Assembly: GCF_964355755.1 (NCBI RefSeq)
Contig: NC_092679.1
Span: 1,642,201 to 1,706,200, forward strand
Length of the DNA: 64,000 nt
Origin: Antedon mediterranea
Lineage: Eukaryota > Animalia > Echinodermata
Reading direction: 5' to 3'
The translations under genes and the position numbers were made by a program. The notes below the pieces were generated by a model. The model was not told where the DNA came from. It searched no databases and saw only the letters and a program-made list of their open reading frames with translations. Positions 43,401-49,233 of the stretch are shown here, in pieces; position 1 is the stretch's first letter, and each line of letters starts with the position of its first letter.

Positions 43401-46400
43401 AGAGTAGGGAAAATATCTAGACAATATTTTTGATGTAAAAAAAATAATAATATAAGGCAAAAAGAAAAAGAACAATACCTGTTTACGACAATGCTTCTGA
43501 GTAGTAGAAGTAAAAACGGTATGCTTTGCTGGCAAAACAATCAAATGTGAAAGCAACAACAGGTCTGATGCTGTATAATGTCAAGTTCCGTGTTTTAAAC
43601 GCTTATTAGACTTTGTATTTTGGGTTTCACAAGTGTGACATAAGTTCATTGTGTGAAATTGGAAGCGAAACTATTGAAACAAAAGCAATTGTGGTCATTT
43701 GCATAATTTGTGCATTCATCGTTTTAATTAATATCATGTATATTAATTAAATACCCACCATCCTATGCAGAGCTTTAACACAACCCTCCTCATATCAGTG
43801 GACACCCTTGGGCTTGGCTAAAAGTCTAGTTTTCAAATGAGTAAAGGATTTGGAAATTTTTGGACATTTCTAGTTTTGCAAGAGGAAGACAATTGGAAGA
43901 GAGAGACCATTAAAACATGGCATAAACAAATTTACTGGCAAAGTAAGTCATCTTTGCCGTTCCACATTCATCTATTTTCCGCGTTATGTCTGCAGTTTAT
44001 AGTACCTCATTCTTCCCATTAAAAGTGAAATACTATGTAGTCAGTTTGTTTCTTGCCTTCAATATGAAAGATAACATTTAGTTTCTACAAAAGATTTATT
44101 TAAAATTGAAATCACACTTAAGTGAGATATTTCCCTTAAATTTCACTTAACCTAATATATATTTAAGTATTTCCCTTAAATTCACTTAGGTGATTTGTTA
44201 AAATTTAAGGGTAAGTGTTTTCCTTAAAATGTTTGATCATACATATGTGTGTACAGTTTGCAATTCTTGTTTATTTATCCTACTATGATGATGTTTAGCG
44301 ACTATTTCATTGGTGTATCTTGGCAAGAAATTGTTCCTATGTAGAACTTCAACTACGTTGAACGTGCTGCTTTCATCATCATTGTTTAGTTGTGTTGTTT
44401 CTAAAGTTTGTATTTCGACGGTATCGTATTCTCTAAATTTAGTTTTCCCGTAATTGGTGTAGTTTGGCTTTGGTGCAGGCATCGGTGGACGTTTGCTGAT
44501 AGTATCCCAGTTTTTAGGCTTGCTTGCTTTGTTTTTAGTCCCACAATTGCGATTGGTATTCTGAGCATGCGCATATTTACGACAGTTCTTTTGTGGTTTT
44601 TTAATTCGTGATTTTACACATAATAAAATACAAGCTATGGCAACAATGGAGTAAATAAGTAATAATCCTGATATCAGTGTACCTGACAATTCTGTTTGAA
44701 CTAGCAGTTTCATATTTTTATTTTCTTGAAGAAAATAAAAATATCTTGGATCTACAGTACTTAGAATTGTTATTCTTCAATTGCAAAGATGTCTTCTGGA
44801 CCCATTGTAATATTTATTTCTACAAATAAATAAAACAAAAGTTAACTGTAGCTTACCTCAACACATTCATACATTCGATCAAAATGATCATTCAATTTAA
44901 GTTTTGTACTGACGGCCTGACGGCCATCTAACATAAATATTACCCTTCTGACACATTAATAACTTAAATACTGTACATGCTATTTTCTTATAGTATAAAC
45001 TAAAAATTACTTACAGTACATTGATTTCTCTGTATACAATCATGGTTTCCTTTTTAAAGACGATACAATGTTTATTACGGTTATGAAATACTGTTGTCTA
45101 CAAAAATGTAACCGTATAGAAATCTAAATCTGTTTTCTTCAGCAAAGTTAGTCTTGATTGCGCTCGCTTGCTTTGTGAACATTTGTTTCAGTTTTGTTTA
45201 TACTGAATTATGTTTACAATTTAAAGCAATAGCAAGTATAGAAATTGAATGCTGCACTGTATTAAATATCTTTTGTTTATTCCAAGACAAATCTTTACTC
45301 TTGGACATAACAAAATTAGTATTGCACTTTTATACAAATTACTACCATTGACCAAGAATTACTATAAATCAAACATACATAAATATGTATTCACCATTTT
45401 CCAGAAAATTACTGGGAATGTGCTTATATCAATGTATGAATTATATTTTTTATTATTTTACCAGTTTTGATTTTGTGAGAAAAGTGGTATAAAGCTCTGT
45501 GATATGTCATCATTTTATTTAATATGATTTTTTAACGTTCTTAAAATTTTTCTTATTTTAGAACTGAAAAACAAGAAGCAAAATTTGGAGACAACAACCA
45601 GTCAAACCAAACATAGAATAGAAAAACTGGCCATCCCAATTGTGAGTATCCTCTTAATAAACACAGCCCATCCCTATATCGTAGGGTAAGAGGTCTTTGT
45701 ACTTGGGACCGTCATCAGATTGTACTTCATCATCATCATCATTTTGACCACAAACGATTTTAGATAGAGCAATGTCATTGAAGTTTCTGATAAAAAATGT
45801 TACCCTTTTGGTATACATTCGACTCTCCCAATACCAAACTCTCTGGAAACCGGAAAAAAGACTTTCTTGTGGACTAGAAACCAGAATAACTGGAAAAGTA
45901 GACATATTTAAGGCCTAGCTATCCCAATGTTGTCCGGTATTGACAGACTTGTTGACTGTAGTTACATAAGATGTTGCATGTTATTTAAATGGGTTAATTA
46001 GACGTATACCTAAATGGCAACTAGAATGATCTTGTCAATTTTAGTTGATGGAAGATTAATGAAAACAGTAAGAACTGAGACACAAAAAAGTACCACAGCA
46101 GATATCAACACTCATTACTTATTTTAATGTGTTTATTTTCTCTTCTTATACCAAACATGATATCAATAATTTAGGAGGAGAGTGAAGAGACTTCACCATC
46201 TCAACAGGTTTAAACAACAATTTGTTTCATTGATTTTAAATGTTATTAATTTTCACTTTTTCAGTGGATTTTGCACTTTTTATTTTGTCCTATTTAAAAA
46301 ATAATATGTGTCAACTTTCCTAAACCTTTTTTAAACTTAAGTATGTACATAACTTGAGCATAGAGGTAATAAATAATTATTTTTATACCTTCATGCTTTG

Positions 46401-48307
46401 AGTAAGTATGTATAGCTGTAGTTTATGTTGTTTTTATGATTATTACAAATATCTTTTTGTTTGATAAAAGCTAAGACTAATTTTGTATCTTTATTTTAGT
46501 TACTATTTTACATAAAACTAACACTGTAAAGCACTAATATATTTGTCACCAACAAATCTTTGCAATTGTTTTGTTCAGATTTTACTTTATTAAGTGTCAG
46601 ACTATTTCCACAACTTTTTAGCATTACTAACATTGATTTTTTAAAAATTAAATTTGTTTCAAATTAAGAGGGCTTATTGCACCCACAGCAGCCCACTGTA
46701 CCCACTGTATGATATTAATTTTTAAATTCAAATATTATTTTGACACAATTTGTTTTTAAAGACACAACTTCGACAGAAAATAAAAGAGCAACGCAGTGTT
46801 GCCCTGGACACCATGAAGACACAAGGCAAGGAGTTGAAAGATATTGAAACAAAAATCTACCACGCCGGTCGCAAACTGAAAGCTGTTTTTGAAGAAAATG
46901 ACAAGTTTAAAACGGTTGGTAATTATTCAAAGTATATTGAAGTTTAATTATCATTCTTTCTTACTCATTATCATAATTATTTTTGCAAACTTTTTGCTCT
47001 CAATTTTTTCTACAAACTTTTAGTTTAATACGAAGATGGATGTTGATACTACAGAATTAGAAGAACTGATAAAGTTGAATGACGTATTGGAAGAGACCTT
47101 GAAGACAGAAGTTATCTCGCAACGAGGTCAGTCTCAGTGTTCACTATCTCTCTCATGAATCATTTAACAGTCGGTTTTCAAAATTTAACACACAAAATCA
47201 ATGTAATTCATTGTTTAATTTCAGATCTCAACATAAGTTCACTTTTTTTCATCTTTCAATTTTTCTTATATATTGCTAATAATATTATTCTATGAATATT
47301 ACTAATAAATATTATTTAATTCATATTGAAGGTGTTTTAGAGAAAGGATGGAAGGAGAATAAAAAATTAGAAAAACAATTTGCAAAACGGGATCAAGTGT
47401 TCCTTGATGGAATTACCGATCTTCAGCATCGCACCAATGAAAGAGAACAAAAAGTAGCGGGGGTCACAGACCAGCTTTGTCAAGAACTTGTACTTCTGTC
47501 AACGTTTCTTGAAAACGTATCAAGCAGACGACCTCTTGGTGAGTTCAACAGAAGATAGAGTAGGCGAGGGCAGCATAGCGATTTATTTTACCTTTATCTA
47601 GGCAGTATACAATAGATTTTTCTCCTCTGTTGCAAAATCATAAACTTCTTTAAATTTCTTTCTACACTAGTTTGACAAAAATAATGATGTACTCAAATAT
47701 GGTAGTGATATGCCCAAATATGGTAGTGATATGACATCATCATGTGGGCACATAACTATTTTGTTTGTCACATAAAGTTTGATAGAGTAAACAAGGCTTA
47801 ACATGGTTTGTATTTAATACAGATACAAGACAAGGTAGTAAACCAGATCAACCATCAATTAGGCCCTCAACAGCCTTTAATAATTACTTAGACTCCTATA
47901 CCAGCCTTCCACCAAAGAGCATTACAAAGCTAAGACAGCAAGAATCAATGACCGGAGATGGTGATGTCAGATGTAAGATATATATATATATTTTCTTAAG
48001 ATATTGTATTTTTTTTAAGATATTGTATTTTTTTTTAATACCAATCAAGAAAGATTAAAACAGATAATGTAAAATGCTAAAAAAAAACAATTTTCTTGGT
48101 GGCTCCTATTCATTAAGATGTAATAAATACTATTGTTAGCAACAATGTTTAGATTTTCTTGTTGCAGACAAAATTTTAACTTTCTTGAAGAAATATAAAT
48201 GTGTTCTAATCTTCATCTACCATTATTTTTGTTTTTCAATAATAGGGGCAGAACCACTTTCAGAGATTGTTGATGTTGAGCAAGAAAATGTTATTGATTT
48301 GAAATGA
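1453..48307 (+). CDS. CCDC175: Coiled-coil domain-containing protein 175-like (CCDC175/CCDC178 family), 22 coding exons, ~807 aa
   Basis: Manually spliced GT-AG exons with consistent phases: 1453-1516, 1734-1819, 2258-2422, 2760-2842, 3317-3394, 3973-4027, 5382-5480, 8202-8321, 8818-8927, 9097-9178, 9285-9357, 11014-11077, 11513-11623, 11986-12193, 12453-12584, 12708-12846, 45562-45641, 46762-46914, 47024-47126, 47332-47538, 47823-47972, 48246-48307 (2424 nt, ATG to TGA, no internal stop). LEIETIAASLLRNKLQFFPSSIKREIKDAVESARSSNAEEL resembles human CCDC175 LEIES...[24 protein letters not shown] as recalled. The 3' block (ELKDIETKIYHAGRKLKAVFEENDKFK) also aligns. Coiled-coil composition throughout. 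Confidence 0.85.
2045..2188. mobile_element. MITE family A (PIF/Harbinger Tourist-like), reference copy
   Basis: TIRs AGCTCTGTCTACACTATCAA / TTGATAGTGTAGACAGAGCT with TAA/TTA flanks and internal CCCAAATATGGTAGTGATATG-type subrepeats. Confidence 0.8.
2557..2704. mobile_element. MITE family A copy
   Basis: CTCTGTCTACACTAT ... TTTGATAGTGTAGACAGAGCT, same internal subrepeats. Confidence 0.8.
3103..3279. mobile_element. MITE family A copy (left TIR degraded)
   Basis: Internal ATCACTACCATATTTGGGCAC repeats and right TIR GTGTAGACAGAGCT. Confidence 0.75.
4385..4606 (+). mobile_element. tRNA-Gly(TCC)-derived SINE
   Basis: CCTTCCAATCCCAAGGTCCGGGGTTCAATCC (anticodon arm plus B box; B-box segment duplicated). 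Body shared with the 5100-5310 copy; A-rich tail. Confidence 0.7.
5100..5310 (-). mobile_element. tRNA-Gly(TCC)-derived SINE, inverted copy
   Basis: Minus strand GTAGTGGAGCTTGGTGATTAACATGCTTTCCTTCCAATCCTAAGGTCCAGGGTTCAATCC (A box, TCC anticodon, B box), shared body TTTATCCATCCTGTAATTGG and poly-A tail. Confidence 0.75.
5680..6415. repeat. 22-bp minisatellite, ~33 copies (CTAAAACCAAGTTAGCCAGTCA)
   Basis: Direct tandem array visible in the sequence, with point variants and no spacers. Confidence 0.95.
7075..7392 (-). mobile_element. 5S rRNA-derived SINE (SINE3-type); 5S-like head ~7290-7390
   Basis: Minus strand CGTTGAAACACCGGTTCTCGTCAGATCACAGAAGTTAAGCAAC...TTGGATGGGAGAGACCACCTGGGGATATCGGGTGCTGTA matches metazoan 5S but lacks its 5' end and T-run terminator. 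It continues into a body whose 3' part recurs at 48436-48525. Confidence 0.8.
8409..8551. mobile_element. MITE family A copy
   Basis: AGCTCTGTCTACACTC ... TTTGATAGTGTAGACAGACCT. Confidence 0.8.
8933..8969. repeat. (GAT)n microsatellite
   Basis: Directly visible just after the donor at 8928. Confidence 0.9.
9480..10041. mobile_element. MITE family B (PIF/Harbinger-like) with CTCCGGAG subrepeats
   Basis: TIRs TACCCCTTTCACACCAAAA / TTTTGGTGAGAAAGGGGTA, ATA flanks on both sides, internal copies of CCTTTCACACCAA and many CTCCGGAG palindromes. Confidence 0.8.
10270..10697. mobile_element. Partial non-autonomous DNA transposon (Tc1/mariner-like end)
   Basis: Ends GGGCTTATACCCGCGTCAGTACGG-TA, with subterminal inverted repeat GGGTATAAGCCCACCCCCC / GGGGGGTGGGCTTATACCC. 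GC-rich against its flanks. Left end not identified. Confidence 0.5.
11277..11436. mobile_element. MITE family A copy
   Basis: AGCCTTGTCTACACTACCAAAC ... GTTTGATAGTATAGACAGAGCT. Confidence 0.8.
11655..11897. mobile_element. MITE family C (PIF/Harbinger-like), TAA target duplication
   Basis: TAA|AGATACTTTCACATCGCGCC ... GGCGCAATGTGAAAGCACCT|TAA. Confidence 0.8.
15619..15770. mobile_element. MITE family A copy
   Basis: AGCTCTGTCTACACTATCGAAC ... GTTTGATAGTGTAAACAGAGCT. Confidence 0.8.
16146..20213. mobile_element. Large DNA-transposon derivative with ~370 bp inverted arms (TAG...CTA termini, TAA flanks; Academ-like by inference)
   Basis: 16184-16553 is the reverse complement of 19810-20179. 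Termini TAGAC-TAGTCCAGAT / ATCTGGACTA..GTCTA are flanked by TAA. The left arm has ~170 bp tandem subrepeats (16310-16970). Stop-interrupted coding-like sequence lies at ~18890-19540. Confidence 0.7.
17489..18035. mobile_element. TTAA-flanked MITE (Kolobok-like), nested in the large element
   Basis: TTAA|AGATGTATTGTCCCTT ... AAGGGACAATACATCT|TTAA. A solo end of the same TIR is at 12393-12410. Confidence 0.8.
20406..21878 (-). pseudogene. Degraded coding-like sequence of unknown family, split by the 20917-21541 MITE
   Basis: Removing the MITE and one TTAA joins ...KRKTATLIVTILK to HYNKLPYFVSFSLKTE... in frame (~115 codons). Further open fragments lie up- and downstream with frameshifts or stops. 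No family recognised. Confidence 0.3.
20917..21541. mobile_element. TTAA-flanked MITE (Kolobok-like), second family
   Basis: TTAA|AGCCCCATTCCCT ... AGGGAAGGGGTCT|TTAA. Confidence 0.75.
25260..26423 (+). mobile_element. CR1/L2-type LINE 3' remnant interrupted by a Harbinger derivative
   Basis: HNKCTRSQ..GKRTFVYR before 25358 and STKLWNSLPNNIK after 26165, a typical CR1-clade ORF2 C-terminus. Followed by a T-rich UTR and (AAAT)n tail at ~26409-26423. Confidence 0.6.
25359..26162 (-). mobile_element. PIF/Harbinger deletion derivative retaining a Myb/SANT-like ORF fragment
   Basis: TIRs GGGCCTGTTTCTGCTGCAA / TTGGCAGCAGAAACAGGGCC, subterminal AAAATACGGTA repeats, and internal minus-strand KRDNHIYKDISKKINQQEYGIDLSPKQVNSRLKSLR (Myb/SANT-like, as in the Harbinger DNA-binding ORF). 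Solo TIR copy at 24167-24183. Confidence 0.75.
28339..28487. mobile_element. MITE family A copy
   Basis: AGCTCTGTCTACACTAAAC ... GTTTGATAGTGTAGACAGAGCT. Confidence 0.8.
31057..31135 (-). mobile_element. LINE/SINE 3' tail (L2/CR1-like)
   Basis: Minus strand GCGCCTTGGAGAAC...GGCGCTATATAAAAGACAATTATTATTATTATTA, a typical retroposon end with (TTA)n tail. Confidence 0.5.
33379..33556. repeat. Local direct duplication (~80 bp x2)
   Basis: AAATCTAGTCA...CAGTTTAGACAATTAGT.GGGAATCAGATTAAGTTTAGTAATTTTA.GTTAAAAAAATT occurs twice. Confidence 0.85.
35018..36694 (-). CDS. Immunoglobulin superfamily type I membrane receptor (3 Ig domains; nectin/CADM-like layout), single coding exon, ~558 aa
   Basis: Acceptor TTTCCATAG|G immediately before ATG (MAETG at 36694). 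Signal peptide; Ig1 YTC...DRGSYSC; Ig2 LEC...LNW...FKC; Ig3 LIC...FSW...IECTATN. TM LVVILAIIFICLFFVVLVLAIPICII. ~185 aa cytoplasmic tail with YDQF, YEEL, IVYAKT, ending TEFV. Nested antisense in the CCDC175 intron. Confidence 0.9.
   Translation of the reverse strand: MAETGFYRLMIITIYVIKTMVLAGRFSGTPQDAEVIESADALYTCTVQSLYDNELIKFSKDGVKIEPGIGKWERFEVEPLHTFVVKLRISSVERSDRGSYSCEIRTTNDDLVEKSAEGMLTVLEIPGDNWPSCQSTAASKSSHVEGESVELECISEETNPLPTLNWDIDADVKDSQIRNSTDNGFFSLHYSFITQQSDNGKTFKCLLQTALDTGVNRECFYGPISVQYAPNVTIITQDYYTGKEMVLICNAQANPNPATFSWSFSKALDDTQHKIENNNQILRLHHLNPEHDNLKIECTATNTVGSRSAQFTVIFKDEQTTNYPMENDPVQQDANTSMSNSDATTDGLVVILAIIFICLFFVVLVLAIPICIIKLHKSRMELNQSQRELPPQPSGYYDQFNNFHIGHQHMQNQNTMGYKTMNSSNGSEHSFPVFESHTLPLSHRLPQTNNISQDSWVMTLPVRPHTERKLTRHRSVEIQASEDTCPIYEELGKSRGKARTESKSIMTEPTSNHYGRSDTVLENICEENGITNKLDKVIVAKSPELNPELIVYAKTEFV
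41079..41160. mobile_element. MITE family A partial copy
   Basis: ACACTATCAAACTT...ATGATGTCATATCACTACCATATTTGGGCACAT. Confidence 0.65.
41222..41376. mobile_element. Tc1/mariner (Tigger-like) MITE
   Basis: TA|CAGTAGAGAACC ... GGGGTTTACTG|TA, with internal GGTGTCCTCTGATAATAGGGG. Confidence 0.5.
42340..42867 (-). CDS. Small type I membrane protein with ITSM/ITIM/YxN tail (transmembrane adaptor-like), 175 aa
   Basis: Acceptor TTTTACAG at 42896 precedes ATG (MNTTMLG, 42867). Signal peptide, ~21 aa ectodomain with NIT/NLT sequons, TM ending LLFCCYW, basic KWHKKSK, tail motifs YQN, TEYAKI, VEYTYV, YYEKP, YVN. 528 nt open in AT-rich DNA. Confidence 0.8.
   Translation of the reverse strand: MNTTMLGLFLMVASNMVFGDNITIFPNLTMMTTDSPRENSAFIMIVFVTISLFTVTSFIVSLLFCCYWKWHKKSKHMPRSTQAVITGKKSPKQMKMHYQNALFQKKNNENVKCTEYAKISQPEEVEYTYVEASPSKQENYYEKPVNCKPLSSTLNSNECYVNGMLRTNKKNKPKQ
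42949..43070. mobile_element. MITE family A partial copy
   Basis: AGCTCTGTCTACACTATCAAA plus CCCAAATATGGTAGTGATATG subrepeats. Confidence 0.7.
43293..43407. repeat. 27-bp perfect tandem repeat x4.3 (AGAGTAGTAAGTACAATTACGTACGTT)
   Basis: Directly visible; explains the spurious repetitive ORFs 43098-43559 and 43265-43540. Confidence 0.95.
44237..44713 (-). CDS. Small signal-anchored (type III-like) membrane protein with Tyr/Pro-motif tail (transmembrane adaptor-like), 158 aa
   Basis: ATG in AAAATATGA context. N-terminal hydrophobic TLISGLLLIYSIVAIACILLCV, basic KSRIKKPQK, RPPMPAPKP, YTNY, YDTV, YTNE, C-terminal TYV. Upstream acceptor TTTATTTGTAG near 44820. Confidence 0.75.
   Translation of the reverse strand: MKLLVQTELSGTLISGLLLIYSIVAIACILLCVKSRIKKPQKNCRKYAHAQNTNRNCGTKNKASKPKNWDTISKRPPMPAPKPNYTNYGKTKFREYDTVEIQTLETTQLNNDDESSTFNVVEVLHRNNFLPRYTNEIVAKHHHSRINKQELQTVHTYV
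47660..47798. mobile_element. MITE family A degraded copy
   Basis: TCTACACTAG...CAAATATGGTAGTGATATG x2...GTTTGATAGAGTAAACAAGGCT. Confidence 0.7.
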
Positions 48308-48435
48308 AACAGATGAATGCAATTATTAATTTATATGTTTATTTATTTTGGGGCTTTACATTTAAAAGCTCTGCATACTTGTCTGGTCCATCCTTTTCAT
48401 TGCATTTTATGATGTTTGTGTATGTCACAAACAAC

Positions 48436-48525
48436 AATGTCAATAGTTTTACATTCATCTGAATGATGGATGAAACCAAGCCATGACTGTCTAAAGCACC
48501 CTGAGTGGTCCTATCATTGTGACCA
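48436..48525 (-). mobile_element. 3' fragment of the 5S-derived SINE, in the CCDC175 3' UTR region
   Basis: TTACATTCATCTGAATGATGGATGA...TAAAGCACC.TGA.TGGTCC.ATCATTG shared with 7088-7158. Confidence 0.7.
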
Positions 48526-49054
48526 AATAAATATTATTATTATAATCATAATTTATATATCTTTATGCGCCTATTTCCTTATACATACAGGAAAACACGG
48601 ACAGAAAAGACAGAATTAAAATCAATTCAACAAGAGAAAGTGTTGTTATTATCAATTATTACCATATTCAGGTGGTATTAATCTGAAGAGCATTTAATTT
48701 TCTTGCTTACAAACAAGTCATGTGTTTTGTTTTATCATCAGCACCTATTGTACAGGTGCCACACCAGGGAAAAGTATGAACATTTCATCTTTCCAGATAA
48801 TAATACAAATAATAAACAGTTTCTATGTAAATATTTTATTACATATTTGAATAAAGATTTTATAATTGTGTGTGTTAATTTTGTTTGTCTTACATGTACA
48901 TTTTAGTATAATCCTATACTTTAAACAAATGATTGTGAATTAGATTATAGTAGTATTAATATATATTTCGCTACTGTTATTATACTGCACTACAGCACAA
49001 AAGTTTCAATTCAACTTACTGATAGAGGGGGTTAACAAAAACAATTTAAAAATA

Positions 49055-49100
49055 GAAAATGACGTAATTGCTCGTAAGAGGGCGCGTGACTCACGTGATC
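49055..49100 (+). promoter_or_regulatory. CREBZF proximal promoter motif cluster
   Basis: ATGACGTAA (CRE/PAR-type, 49059-49067), AGAGGGCGC (49077-49085), overlapping TGACTCA (AP-1, 49087-49093) and TCACGTGA (E-box, 49091-49098). Confidence 0.6.
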
Positions 49101-49233
49101 AAACGTTGTGAAAACGCTTTTTTCTGAGAGCGGCATTTCTGCCATAATTGTGCTTTGCCAGTTTTCTTTGTTGTTTGATCAAGAATTTCTTTACCGTAAA
49201 ATTCTTGTTTTTAAACATTTTAAACTAAAAAAT

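Noticed and set aside
43098-43559. 153-aa and 91-aa repetitive ORFs
   Set aside because: Produced by the stop-free 27-bp tandem repeat; non-ATG starts; no domain.
49108-49233. GTG-initiated N-terminal extension of CREBZF
   Set aside because: Starts ~10 bp after the promoter motifs and reads as T-rich UTR; ATG 49234 preferred, though non-AUG initiation cannot be excluded.
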